The position numbers and the translations under genes were made by a program. The notes below the pieces were generated by a model. The model did no database searches and was not told where the DNA came from. It worked only from the letters and a program-made list of their open reading frames with translations. This document shows, in pieces, positions 27,801-41,199 of a DNA stretch of 64,000 bases; positions within the stretch are counted from its first letter, which is position 1, and the number at the start of each line of letters is the position of its first letter. Source of the stretch: Lingula anatina (Eukaryota > Animalia > Brachiopoda); NCBI GenBank assembly GCA_051362555.1, contig CM120646.1, positions 14,136,001 to 14,200,000 on the forward strand. The letters run 5' to 3'.

Positions 27801-29457
27801 TTAGAAAGATTATTCTGTGTGTCTTTTTGTGTGTGTGGATTTGTGTATTTCCTTAAGACATGTATGTTAATATAAAAATCCAATACTGATATCTAATATG
27901 CTATTTGAACATGTTTTAATAGAACTTTATAGCTTATTTATCTATTTATTATTATTATTATTGAAGTACAGAATATAGAAATAGCACAGTCTGTTTGAGA
28001 ATTTGCTTTAATGAAATTGTGCTCATTGTAACGTCGGAATTTAAGGCTTGATTTCTCAACTTGGAGTTCCTAGTTGGGTTTGCGATAATTGCCTGAAAAG
28101 AAGTCATGTATTATACATTTTCGGCGATGGAAGGTTGCCTGTCAAAAACAAAGTGCATCGTGTACTACAAACGTTTCTTTTTAAAGTGAAATCCATGATC
28201 ACACAGACACCATCATTTATATCCATGTCAGACTTATTGCTCAAATAAATATTGTTATTGCAGATATCTCAGTGACTCACACGCAAACATTTACTAAACC
28301 TGGTATATTATCTGTCCTGTAATCTTAAAAAGTGACATAATGCATTTCGTTCTTGATAATAATCATAATACCAAATTTATTCGAGGTTGGCAATTTTCAA
28401 ATATTTTTAGCCAACTGGTATTATTTTGCACGAAATTGTATTTTCAGTATTGTATCACTATGTATTCTTACCGTATTTATCACAGAAAAACAGTTTTCCA
28501 ATGATACCTTTCTCCAGGTAATCAGCAAGGTCACGTGCGCACTCTGATTTAAGGTCAGCCAATAAAAGGAAAGAGTCAGTTTACACTCACAGTATTCTTA
28601 CATGGCAAGTAAAGTTCAACAAGAAAACGTTTATAAATCAAATAGAAATAGAATTATAATCTAGCATTTGAGGTCTTAGTCATTTGATAAATATGATTTG
28701 AACTCACTGCAGTCGTTGCCTTGAGAAATGTGCCCCATCTGGTAGTCAGTCAAAATGTCACCGCATCTGTCCACACAATAGGTCCTGGAAATATTACAGT
28801 ACCTATGAGGTTGGCGTCAACGTGCAGAGAAACACACTGTGATTCCCACTTCTGATCTATTTATTTCAATTCTGGGGTTATCGATATTATAACTGTTTGA
28901 AATTGAAATTTTGCACCAAGTGACGTCAAGCGTTTCACAGAAACCTTAGAAAATTCAAATATCTTTAATACTAAAATTGTGTTCTAGCGCCCATAACTTA
29001 CGCCGATCCTTGGAACTGCAAGGCTGCGTATGTGCCATCATCCTTACAGGTGGGTTTCCATTGGCCAAGCAGTGTAGGTCCGTTCTGGATCTGAAGCAGC
29101 TGAGTTTTGCACTTGTTTTGGCAAAGTACTACAATGAATAGATACAAGTACGCACTAATCGAGTACAGAACTCGGAAATGGGACCTGCAGTTCTTTTTTT
29201 TTTTTTTTCTATTGTTCCGGAAAGAGATCTATTACTTGATCGACCCTTTATAACGGTGTCATACATTGAAAGAATAAAAAATGAAGTTAGTGTTTCTCCG
29301 TTTTAACCAAACCAAAAGTGCAATTGCATGCACCAAATAACAGTGCATTTTCTCGTCTTCTGAGACTTATTTTTTGACTACTTTACCCAAACCCCGTCCA
29401 CATACTTTCGGCGCTAGCTGCAACAACAACACAGACAAAAACGACAAGGAACTTCAT
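24893..29457 (-). CDS. Secreted protein with three thyroglobulin type-1 domains (thyropin/equistatin-like; gene B)
   Basis: Exons 29457-29406, 29128-29002, 28784-28708, 26712-26583, 26400-26327, 25934-25863 and 25011-24893, all in phase. Signal peptide MKFLVVFVCVVVAASA. Domains: PTCKDDGTY..YCVD, PKCNDDGTF..YCVD and YNCDKYGNYDKIQCSGSVCFCAD..LNC*. Confidence 0.9.
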
Positions 29458-30312
29458 CCTGGGTTCAGAACTCTGCGTTTGACGATATGGTGAGTTGTGT
29501 TGCCGTGAATTCTCTTATCCTTGGTGAGAGTAGAGCCAGATGTCGTACACTCCTACACTCCTTGGTGCGTTAGAAATTCCTGCAAAGGGTCTGCTTCTAA
29601 ACTACTTAACCAGCACATACGGTTTCTTGCATTAGCAATGATGCGATGAAATATACGAGGAAGAATAAATGAATCAATAAATGAAAGTTGAAAATAAGTG
29701 GCGGTGTACAATAAACTTATGGCATTAAATGTTGCGTTTGGAAAAGTTGTGTAATTCTAAATAACGATGAGTTCAGAAATACCAGGCACGGACAAGGTAA
29801 GACTGTTCAAAAAGGGAGAAGATAAGGCACTTGCATGGAAGGGTCCTGAAAAGGACGAACCAATATTTGTTCAAGTTTTGAAAGTTTGATTTAGACGACA
29901 GAGTTGACGCTTGATTAGGGAGGTCAACGGGTTTTGTTTTATCAAAATAATCTTTCAAATGTAAAGCGCAAGGACCTGATAAACAATCAACTGCGATGCG
30001 CGTCCTACTCATTTGAGTCGACACATTTTCAGAACTATATCAATTTCTTATATAAAATCTTACGCCTTAAATGTATGTCCTGATAAGTCAAAACTAATAC
30101 ATTTCTGGACTCTCTGCAGTGGTGCTTTATTATTATAATTATTTTAGCAAGAAGCATTCTTTACAAGTTCATTTATTTGTACATGAACACGCAAGTTAAA
30201 TGCCAATATAAACCGTCTGTCTTTTAATTATGAATCACAGTCAAAACGAATGTCCAGGTTGTTCCTCACAATTGTCATACATTGACAATCTGCAATCAGT
30301 GGCTCGTGGTAT

Positions 30313-33300
30313 TTAACAATTGAGGGTTTTCACGGCGGAGATGGATACGGGAGGAGTGCTCTCCAACTTGGACCCCTTCTCGTCTACGCAGTAACAGACG
30401 GAGCCGGTACACTGGTATTTCTCGTAGTTTCCTGGAGATAGAAAACACTGCGGCGTCTTGACACATTTCAAGCGACTACATAAAAATAAATCACATCTTT
30501 TTGGGGAGGATTAACATCACGGAAACATACACATTAAGGCTTAGTTCACATGCAATGTCTATTTTCTAAATTCTATTTTCTATTCGCGCTATCTTATGAT
30601 CACGGTCTGTGCACTGAATATCCCGCCGCGTAATTACTGGCAGCGCGAGCCAGTTACTTATAGTAACTTATAGTAACTGGCTCGCGCTGCCAGTAATTAC
30701 GCCGCGGGATATTCAGTGCACAGACCGTGATCATAAGACATACCGAAAATAGAAAATAGAATTTAGAAAATAGACATTGCATGTGAACGAAGCCTAAGTT
30801 TCCCCAATATCCTTTTATTAGTAAATAATCTATCGTTTCTCAATAATACGGTAAACCTGGTAGAGTTAAATAAACACACAGACATGATGGTTCAGTCAGA
30901 TAAAGTGACTTCTTGAAAGAATATTGACGATATTAAAACCAAAGAAAAAATTATATCAATTAAAACAAATTAAGCAAGCAAAATTTTTAAAATTTTGCCA
31001 GTCAGCTTTAAAATTTGTCCGTTGCACTTGTCATTCTTGTACGAGCCGTAAAATGTTGTTTTTTACTGTAGAACCAACAATTCAATTTATAATTCGTAAA
31101 TCAAAATACATATGCTTGTACATTTTTGTATAGGTGGTAGACTTACCGTTTTCTTTGCAGATGTACATCTTTCCAATGAGACCTTTCTTTTGGTATTCGT
31201 CTTCATCACGTGCACAATCTGATAAATTATTCAACGAAAATACAAATGAATTTAGATTTACAATTATTGTTCAAGGCCTGTATTCTGTTATACATTTTTA
31301 AAAATCACTGTACATGTACATGCACATGAACAGTGCTTTATCACAACTTGATAAGAAAAGTAAAGATTCTATTCAGTATGTAACACTTACAGAATGCCTG
31401 GTTTGATGATAATATGGGTTTATACAATCAATTTTCAAATCATAAAATAAAGGTAGTGTTGGCATGTTAATAAAGTAGAGAAATAAACAAATTGCTCTAT
31501 GCGTATTCATGGGAACAAATTACGGTAAGTAAAACGGGATGGTTTGGGGGATTCGCTTAAATCGGACAGATTCTGGTACAGAGCACATCTGCACTTAATC
31601 GTTACATGCCAACTTCCCTGTTTTAGAAATCATGTTGCATTGAAAACTTACTACACGTCATGTCTTTTGCCTCCCAAAACCTTGCTGAATAGTCCCCAAG
31701 ACGATCTCCATCCTTGTTTACGCAAAAACAACTGAAACAAGCGAATAAAACATTTACTGGGCCTATCAACAAAAAAGGTTTCAACGACTTTTAAGTTGCT
31801 GAAAAGGTGAAACCAACCAGAATAGACAGAGGGTTAGTTTAACAGTTATGTTAATTTGGAAAGAAGTCAAATAGGGTTTGACATTTATAAAGAGAAGTTA
31901 TTTTTTTTAGATTACAATAGGCCTAATGTAGTGCTAAACAACAAGATTCGACAAATCCAAAACCGCTTCCAGCATTTAATGTTTGGGGTCCTTACTTAAT
32001 CATTTTTGAGCCACACTCAAAATAAAAATGAAGACTAATGTATGTTACTGGGAAGACATTATACAGAACGTAATTTTCTCTAAATACATAAGATACTGCT
32101 TGTGCACTGTAAATTTTGAATTTTTGGAAAATCCTTGAAAACTCAAGAAATTATTTTCTAAAATAGATCTCAAAAATATCATATGTGAAACTGACATTGT
32201 GTGTCTTGAAATATGAATATCCCTACCTAGCTTCTATGCACTGCTTGGCACTGTAAGTACCGTCGGCGTCACAGGTAGGTGGTGTAGCGCCCAGCAGAGG
32301 GTGCCCCTGACGCCTTGACTCTTCAATACGAGCCAAAACCAAAGCGCGAGACATAGCACACGTCTCTACAAATAAAAAATAAACGTATTAAGTGGAAGTT
32401 ATAGCATGTTGTATTTCTTTGTCATACGACGGATGTGGAGAAAAAATAAGTGTTAGAAGGTTCTATGTTTAAAGAGATTTTGTCATACGATGCACTTTAA
32501 GCACATAGCCCTACCAGTGTTCCTTTTCCTGTTTCCAAATGGAATAACAACAAAAATCAATTAGTATAAAATCCAAAGACCATTTCTAAGCATATTTCAT
32601 AAAATCATTAAACAAGCAGATTAAAAAAAACTTTAAAAAATACTGAAATATTTAACAGACAACAAAAACTCACGTCGACGGCATTTGCTGGTATTGATGT
32701 CACAGAACAGTCCCTCGCCACACTCAGAGGAAGGCGGGGAGCCGAGGAGAAGAGTGGCAGAGCAGCTGTCTGCTTCTTCTGTAAGAAATAAATATAAGCA
32801 TGTTTATTATGATACATCTGCATTTTTCTTCATTGGCATTCTTTAATTTTGACAATGTTGTCGTTTGGCTTGTTTTGCTTAATTGTTTTTTAAAAGTTAA
32901 ACTTTCTTTTGGCTATGGACTTACTAATTAAAATTCTAACATATGGCCAGTTTAAGAAATCTGGCTCACACGACATAATTTCAAAGATTAATAAATGAAA
33001 AAAAAAGAAAATTACGAACAGACGTCGGCGTCAGGATGGCCGAGCGGTCCAAGGCGCTGCGTTCAGGTCGCAGTCCACTTCTGTGGGCGTGGGTTCGAAT
33101 CCCACTCCTGACAAATTGTACTGTTTTATGGCGGGTTTTATTCACAGCTTCGTGTCAAACTTTTAAAGATGTCAGCCATCATTTTCACAAGTCCACAAAG
33201 CAGGCCCGTAGCCAGCAATTTCAGAGGGGGTGGGGGGTGTTCGTTTTCTGAAAAAGTGGACCTTCCACCATAAAATCCTCAAGTACATAGATCAAATTTT

Positions 33301-35957
33301 ACCCAGAGTGGACCTTTTCCCAGCATAAAGGGTGGTTCTTTCGAACCCCCCGAACCCCCCCTGGCTGCGGGCCTGACAAAGAGTTTACTTTTCCAGACCC
33401 CCTCCCCTCTTCAGAGAGTAAGTGAAAAGCTACAGATGGAGAGCACACCCCTGAAGTTGAAGTTCATAATTTTTCTTAGTTTCCCAAAAGCGTACAGAGA
33501 GCATTAACCCTTCTTCCGAGTCTCCTGTTTCTCACTCTCTCTCTCTCTCCCTTCCCCCAGCGTACGGTTTGTAGAAGACTTGTGAAAATGATGATAGAAA
33601 TGGATGACCATTGACCAGATTAAGCGATTGGGCGAGAAAAATCTGAAAGTCGCCTTAGTGTGGTATATGTATGTACAATGTAGATATAAATGCGATCTTG
33701 CAATTTTGATCCTTTCAAATGAAAAATGCACTTCAAGTAGACGCTTACGTGATTCCCTAGGCATATTGCTTCTTACATGCATATTATAAATCTCTGGTCT
33801 TAATTCATTATTAAAATGACAATTACCTTTAACAACATAGTGGGACATTTTTTAAATATGCCGTAAAACGTACGACTTTTATTGCGCTTTACTATAAAAC
33901 CAGCGCGTTCTTTCATTCATTTGCTGATCTTTTTCTTCTGGCGGAGAGGGAAAGCAGGGTGAAGGATAGGAAAGGAGGAAAAGAATCCCACATTTTATAC
34001 CTGATCTGCTGGAGACATGACTAATAGTGTACATTAAGTGTTTCACCTTATTGCTTCATAGCGCCACTTTCCGCGATATCACATTGCGTCACGTATTGGC
34101 ATAAGATACCAACAAGGACCAAGGGTATCTTTCCTTAAAGGGACAAGGTCAAAAGAGATAAACCTGGCGATATAAAGTGTGAGGACTGCAGGCTAATTTG
34201 GTAGATTCATCTTGGAGAGATAGAACTTCAGTTTACGGTGGCTATATAAGATACGAGTGTAGGAACTGATTAACGTCTGGCAAACTGCTCCCGTCTAAAG
34301 TGATGACCATGCTCCAAAGTGTAAACTACCGTTCGCATACAGAGATCAGGCCTATACCCATACTACAAGACTCGGCACATAAGGATCCTGAATTAACCGG
34401 TATATCGGACCACACTACCCGTTTTCAAGGTGTGTGTCAGATCGCATTTCGGAGTATCACACCCCAGAACAAATTTTGTAGGACGACAGCGGGCTCATCC
34501 ACGCTCGGCTGTCACCTTGATTGGATAGTAAACGATTTTCGTAGAATCGCTATATGATTTTGAACCGGGTGCATAAATTTGAAAACCACCTAGAACAACC
34601 TTAGACTGTACTCTTACTTTAGAGTACTATTTTATTGTCTCTATGGGGGTATATGGGGACTTTACGACATTCGGTTTGAATGCTTTAACCACTTTTGATA
34701 AGGTTTTTTGCATTGTATTAGATTAATGTGGCAGTCTAATGTTGTTCTAGGTGGTTTTCAAATTTATGCACCCGGTTTTAAAACCATATAGCGATTTTAC
34801 GACAATCGTTTACTATCCAATCAAGGTGACAGCCGAGCGTGGACTCATCCTGTCGGTGTTCTTACTGATACTCCGAAATGCGATCTGACACACACCTTGA
34901 AAACTGGTAGTATGGTCAGATATACCGGTTAATTCAGGATCCTTATGTGCCGAGTCTGGTAGTTGGGTAGGCCTGGAGTTTACGATTTGAATCTGTCTTT
35001 GCTAGCCCTGATATCAGGTGCTTTCTTTACCTGACACAGATAAATAAAAATTTTACTACAGGGTCCCATGTCCCACTAATTTACACTCAATACGCACGTT
35101 ATCGTATTTTTCATAAGTTCAGTTTGTGTTTCAGCTAAAGCTTATTTCTACATGCGTTTGCAAATTCACAATCTCTATTTACTTACTGGTGTAATCCATA
35201 TGATACTGATCACATACTCATATTAGAAATTATTATTTAACTTCCCTTGATAAATACAGAACCGTAAACGGGACCTTTACGCACAAGGTCCCACACTCCA
35301 TACGGTATAAGTGTGTTCACTTTATTTCACAAGTTCATTTTTTTGTTTTACTTAAACTGTCTTATCTAATTCTCAATGTATTGGCATTGTCACTTTCTCT
35401 GTTTTACTCTCCGGTTCGATTCATGTTGCACTGTAGGTACATATAATCATATTTAAGCGCCTCACACAGTGGAAATATGGAGTAAATACAAGGGGATCAC
35501 GCCCAATGAAACTATCGGTGTACTTAGATCGATCCAACTCCACGGGGACACTCGCTGAGGGCAATCAGATTCAGATATTGAAGTGCTTCCTCCTGGCGTT
35601 GAGTAGAGTAGAAAAAGCTGGTGATTACACGAGAACGTTGGAAACAAAAGGAGCCGTCTTTATCTGTTAATCTGACTGCATTCAGCATCAGTCCTACCGG
35701 AGTTAGATCGACATATGAAGCTCGACAATTTCATTCTGAATTAGCCCTAGTTCCGATTGCCCCGATAATTCAGCCTTACCCAGTTGATGGATGCAGACAT
35801 CGCAGCAACCACACATGCTTCCCTTCTGCTGTACTCTACCGCCACAGTTCTGAACGGCGCTCAAATCACACTTAACCGACTTGCAGAAGTTTGGTGGGCA
35901 AACTATCATAGACTGTGCCGCCGCTACCAGCAGGGCAAAGATGAGAACGGTCCTCAT
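30313..35957 (-). CDS. Secreted IGFBP-N + two thyroglobulin type-1 domain protein (gene C)
   Basis: Exons 35957-35780, 32778-32674, 32365-32227, 31731-31652, 31218-31147 and 30431-30313, all in phase. Signal peptide, then SMCGCCDVC, ECGEGLFC, PTCDADGTYSAKQC..CFCV and GNYEKYQCTGSVCYCVD..LNC*. Confidence 0.9.
30538..30794. mobile_element. PIF/Harbinger-type (Tourist-like) foldback MITE
   Basis: Termini GGCTTAGTTCACATGC...GCATGTGAACGAAGCC with TAA on both sides. The whole 257 bp is an almost perfect palindrome. Confidence 0.85.
33030..33113 (+). tRNA. trnL-CAG: tRNA-Leu (anticodon CAG), antisense within intron 1 of gene C
   Basis: Acceptor stem GTCAGGA...TCCTGAC-A, A box TGGCCGAGCGG, anticodon arm CTGCG-TTCAGGT-CGCAG, long variable arm, B box GGTTCGAATCC, and TTTT about 11 nt downstream. 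Confidence 0.97.
33201..33375 (+). mobile_element. MITE family M2 copy
   Basis: CAGGCCCGTAGC...GCTGCGGGCCTG, with a 6-bp direct repeat ACAAAG on both flanks. Confidence 0.88.
34357..34967. mobile_element. Long-TIR foldback element (~250-bp arms, ~120-bp spacer)
   Basis: Segments such as AGACTCGGCACATAAGGATCCTGAATTAACCGGTATATC and CCGGGTGCATAAATTTGAAAACCACCTAGAACAAC have reverse complements within 34733-34967. TA lies on both flanks, and the symmetry extends to CAGGCC/GGCCTG. Confidence 0.85.
35492..35747. mobile_element. Diverged copy of MITE family M1
   Basis: Shares the core CTGGCGTTGAGTAGA.TA...AAAAGCT.GTGATTA.ACGAG.ACG.TGGAAAC and part of the arms with 2077-2311. Confidence 0.6.
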
Positions 35958-38900
35958 GACTAGGCGTAGAAAATAAGCATTAAAATATAATAAGCAACTG
36001 GTGACAAAATATCTGCTCTAATTATTTTTAAAAATAATTTTACGTTGTATCATCTTTCAATTGTCGTGTTTCAAACTTCAACTTTGTTAGATTTTAATCT
36101 GTCTGCTGTTTAATTTTTAAGCCTTATCTTTCATTATAATTATTGTTTCAATTTTAACATTAATAACTTTAAACTTGTACATGTAACTCTTAAATAGTGA
36201 ATTGCTGTTGTAGTTCATAAATCGCTGGATTGTTCGTGAGAATAAAAACAACTGAAACTGGAATGGCTAATAAGATACCAGTGATCTTATTCATACCCTC
36301 TTTATCACGAGACGCCAAACCCGCAAACACACAAACATTTAACCACCAGATCACTCGCAAAGAACGTGTCTACCTCAGCAATAAACGATACTAAAACAAG
36401 GGCCACACCACACGACAAACATGTCTCTTGGCTTGTATTTCAGCTACTAACATAAATTAGCTACTAACCTGCAGATGCGTCCTAACACTATCAAACTTGT
36501 CAATGCAGTTTGTCGGTGTATCTGTCCCGAAGCAGAGGTATTCACGTATTTATGTCACCCCACCGGAGAGATCCGTGTCCTTCAAGCAAGGGCATCTTGT
36601 TCAAATATTGTCAAGCACTTGTTGTTGTCAAAGCTGTATATGGTTTTTTTAATTCCCAAATAAGTTTTTTCACCCTTTTATTTAATCCATCCATTGATTT
36701 ATTTGCTTATTTGCAATGTTGCGATTGAAAAAGAACTGTTGGGATCGAATTTCCACCTCACAGCATATTGAGCATTTCTTTAAAAAGGACGTAAAAAGAA
36801 CAGCTATAAATTGTGCAGACAATGCCATACTGTATAACTCTGCATATAAGGCCTAGCCCCCTGTCTGATAAATACATGTCTTCCACATAGAAACGATCAG
36901 GACAAGCGTGACGTCACGTGTTATTCAAACAAATGAAGTCAATGCCATGAGATTACAGATTCAAGGGTGAAGATACCTTCTACCAGGGTCACAGATTGAT
37001 TTTTCACTAGCTATTCACAGATATATCTCTGGTTAATCCATGGCACATTTCTCTATTTGTGTTGGAGAAAAGTGCACATAATTAAACTGCGGCCCTGGCA
37101 GAGAGGAGATTAAAGCAAGGACTTGGAATTCAATTCACGTCCTTGGTTGAAGGCATTGAGGACTGGATTACACAAATGTCTCCTCAACGAACCGTATTAT
37201 GCGCAAATCTTGTAGATGTGCAGCATGGGACACCCAAAGCAATTTGAAAGACAGAGCAGTTCCCTCTCTTATCAGCAAAGGCACGGTGGTTCATGTAGGC
37301 TACATGTAGTACATGTAATAATCATTATGAGTAATAAAAATCTAACAAGGGTCTTGAAAAAGCTTCATTTATTACTCTTTAGATATCAGTGTCATATGTC
37401 ATGTCGGCACACTAAACGTCACAGATATCTGTACCGCTTTAAACGAGATTATCAGTAAATGAACACTTGGGTTTGACAACCCGGCCTGGCACTGCATCTT
37501 GCCAACTGATATTGCAAACGGGTCTATCGCAATAAAATTTTGGCATGACGCCTTGGTATCATCTGAGTGTTCGCTTTGGTTTTAGGGTAAAGTTTTCATT
37601 TTTACGTATGCACATTTCACTGATGGACAGATAGCACAATATCTTCATTTAGGAAGGACACTTGCCAGCAGTCTTTGACCTTTGACCCATCACGTATTGA
37701 CCAAGGGACCGTTTCCCGGTGGAAATAAAGGCCCACTGGACTAACCTAAGAGGTACAATCTATAGCCGATAGATATAGTATAGGCCTACTGCCGCAAATA
37801 TGAAAATATACCGTGCCATTTAATTTATAAAAACATATTTAGAGTTGCAAACGTGGCAGTATACCCAAAATGCGTATTTTTTTTTTTTTTGACTAAGATC
37901 TTATTAAGAATTAAATGACAACTTTAAACAATGTGGGTCTGACCTAAATAATAGTAGAATACGCATAAATGCGCAGAGTTGACATTTCTGCGTGTTCCGT
38001 TCTATGTTGATTTTTGAGACAGCCCCTCCCTATCTCCAAGCACCTGATAGATCGCCGACCCTCCCGGGAGCTTCCATCTTACCTGGGGACTTGCCAAGCA
38101 CGTGTTGGCTCACTGACAGAAACAGAGGTGGGTAAAATTTCCCAAACTTATTTCGATCTAATCTTTGTAACATTTTTTAATCGCTTCAGGCTGTTGCTCA
38201 GTCTGGTGCTTAGTGTGTATTGAAAAATTCCCGGCTTATGTTGCCAAAACTGTACAAAAAATTACATTGCAAAGGGTTATTGCATGATAATCTTCAGTGC
38301 ATCAAGAAAAGTGCAGGCTGTATTTGGTAACAAAAATAAATGATTGCATTACTAATTAAGAATATTCAAGTGTGTGAACATGAAAGTATCGTAATTAAAA
38401 AAACACACAATAGGTGAAGATATTTGCAAATGAAGTGAAATGTTACCTTCGCAGTGTATCGGGAACACCGATGTCCTGGCAAACATTGCAGCAACTGTTG
38501 AAACTCTGTTAGCAAAACTGACCTTTTTACATATCGATACTGGATAAGGTGTTTCATTACTAAATGCATGTGGGTGTGCGTGTGCGTGTATTTGGGGTGG
38601 GTGAATTTGTAGACGACACATAGGAATAAATATAGTATATTGCGACAATAAGTATCCGGCTGCTTTATTACTACCGCCAGTATGTACTTCACAAGATATG
38701 GCACTGTGCATAGGCGCTTATCCGTAAAAATTAGAGTACGTCGATTGTCAATGGCTTCTACCTATTGAAATATTAGATAAGACACAGTTTGAAGGCCGAA
38801 AAGTTTTCTGTTACCCTGAATTTCAAAGGAAAAGTTAAACTTACGACTCTACACTAATGCCTATGATAGTAAAGTAATGAGTTTTCAGTGTCCTTTGAAA

Positions 38901-40480
38901 CGAGGGGTATCCACTGTTGACACTGTTGCACCTCTGATAACGTCCAGTTAAGAGGGGTGCGTGCCTAGTGACCAGTGGATCGTCTTATCAAATTATGTAA
39001 TCTTTCATATTGACTGTCCATTTGGTCAATGGCCTTGGCCTACAAATAAGCGAAGTCGATTGGTCATCCAGCTGGATTTCTACCAACGCCCATGTCGTCT
39101 GCTCAGAGAGAAAGTCATTCATTTGAATAAAGTTTAAAGTTTAAAGTTAAGTTAGAGGGGGTGGGGCAGGGACTTCCCTTTTAACCCGCTTCTGCCTAGG
39201 CTTTTGACTTACGTGGTTAAGAACTAGCCTCTCTTCGACAAACTATGCAACTCTGGGTATATGTCTTACAATAAAGAACATTCCACATTTTACTTGCACG
39301 GTTTTATTTTCATCAACATGTCTTGAAACAAATTCAAATTTCATCTTGACGGTACCGTCAAAGAAGTCAAAAAATTAACGCTAATTTGTGTGTGACTTCG
39401 CAAGCAATGTACGTAAGTAGATGCATAAACAATCACGCCCCAATTAAAACTATGCAACTGAACATATCTGCCTTGGAACTTCTGACAGCATCAAAAAGTA
39501 TTTTTGTATATTTTTATGTCTACCATTCCCACCATTTCCCACAGAATTCGAATTTGTTTCATGCCCAGTGCAATAATGACGCGGTATTTACTCATACCCA
39601 TAAAGATAAACTGAAGTAGGCGCACATACTGAGTATAAGACCTAGAACTGCCTCGGGTAATGCGAAAGAACGTCTATCGTTCTATAATAATCTTATTTAG
39701 GAATGAGAAACCTACGCAACGACCGTGTGTCTTTTCTATGATTATTATTTTATAGAGGCCTACACTTTATTGGAACCACACTTACTGCATTAAGTTTACT
39801 AGAGGTATCGTGTTAGAAAATAGAAAGCGCCAAGAAGATTGGCGTATCAAGGACTTCCGAGGCCGGCATTATATTTTGAGATAATTCTTGAAAAGAAAAA
39901 AGTATTTAGCAATTAACGCATGCTACATGTAAGTAATACAGTTTATAGAAACGAAAAAGTAATGTCGTCTGAAATGTCATGACTTCTAAAACCATTCCTA
40001 TAAATGAAATGAAGGATGACGTATCAAATATAAAATATATATTTAACTATCCCTCAGAGATGCAAACATCAACACGAAAACAAACAATAAAATGGAAGCT
40101 TTTATTCTAAATACGGTGTACAGAATATTTTCATATATAACACTAGAGATACATTAAACAAGCCACCTCTACAAATAACAAAAAAAGGGTAAGGGGCTTA
40201 TCAACTGAAACATAGTTCTACAACTAGTCAACAAAAAGAATAAAAACCAAAGATCGAAAGAACGCCCTACTCAATTTCTGAAAACATGTAAAGTGCTTTT
40301 AAATAAAATACTTCCATTTTAATGGCAATACAAAATTATAATAATCGGCATGGTACACGTAATTGTCAGATTACATGTATGAAAAAAGCTAATTTGAAAC
40401 AATTTTACTTGCGGCGCTTTACTATAACATGTAGCAAACGTGGGCGCTGGTAAAAAAGCAACCTACCCTCTCCCCCCCCC

Positions 40481-40566
<86 letters not shown>

Positions 40567-41199
40567 AGCGTTACAATATCTGTTATCAATTGCTTTTTAA
40601 TCTTTCTATACAGCTAGTAATAAAAGCAATTTCAGCCTATATCTTGCTTGCTAAATCTTGCTCCGGTTTCCACAAAAAAAAAGTTTCTGTCTTAATATAC
40701 CGCGAACTACCGGTACAGTACTGTATCAGCGGCTTGTCAATAAACTGGATCAGAGCTCTTTTATCTTAAGTACATGTCCTATTAATTTAGGGTGTTTCAT
40801 TCTTATTTTACCCGTTTATCGTACTGGTATGTATCCCACATATTGCATAGTGTACTGGTATATATATGTTCCTTTGCCCAAGCAGAGATACATGCACAAC
40901 TTCAGAAACAATTACATGTATCAAAGTCAGATTATTTAGAAATGAGTCAATCCTCTTTTCTAGGGCCTCCTTCCACTGTCTTCTGGGTTAATTTCCAATG
41001 TTACAGAAATATATAATATTTAATATAGATTGATAACAGTTGCCTATAGTTGAACATACAAATAGGCCTACACGTTTGATAACATCAGCTTCAAAAACAT
41101 GCTGGTGATTATAACAATATCACGGTCACTAGTTTTGGACATTTACAAAATATATTCTTGGTTAAATTGTCCATCAAGGAGTTACGTATAGGATTCTAT

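Noticed and set aside
38077-38100. CTTACCTGG resembling the U1 snRNA 5' end
   Set aside because: No U1 stem-loops or Sm site follow. It is simply the complement of a splice-donor consensus.
40440-40769. Poly-Lys/YIYI ORF
   Set aside because: Translation of a C/A homopolymer plus (TA)n tract downstream of the IkB stop codon.
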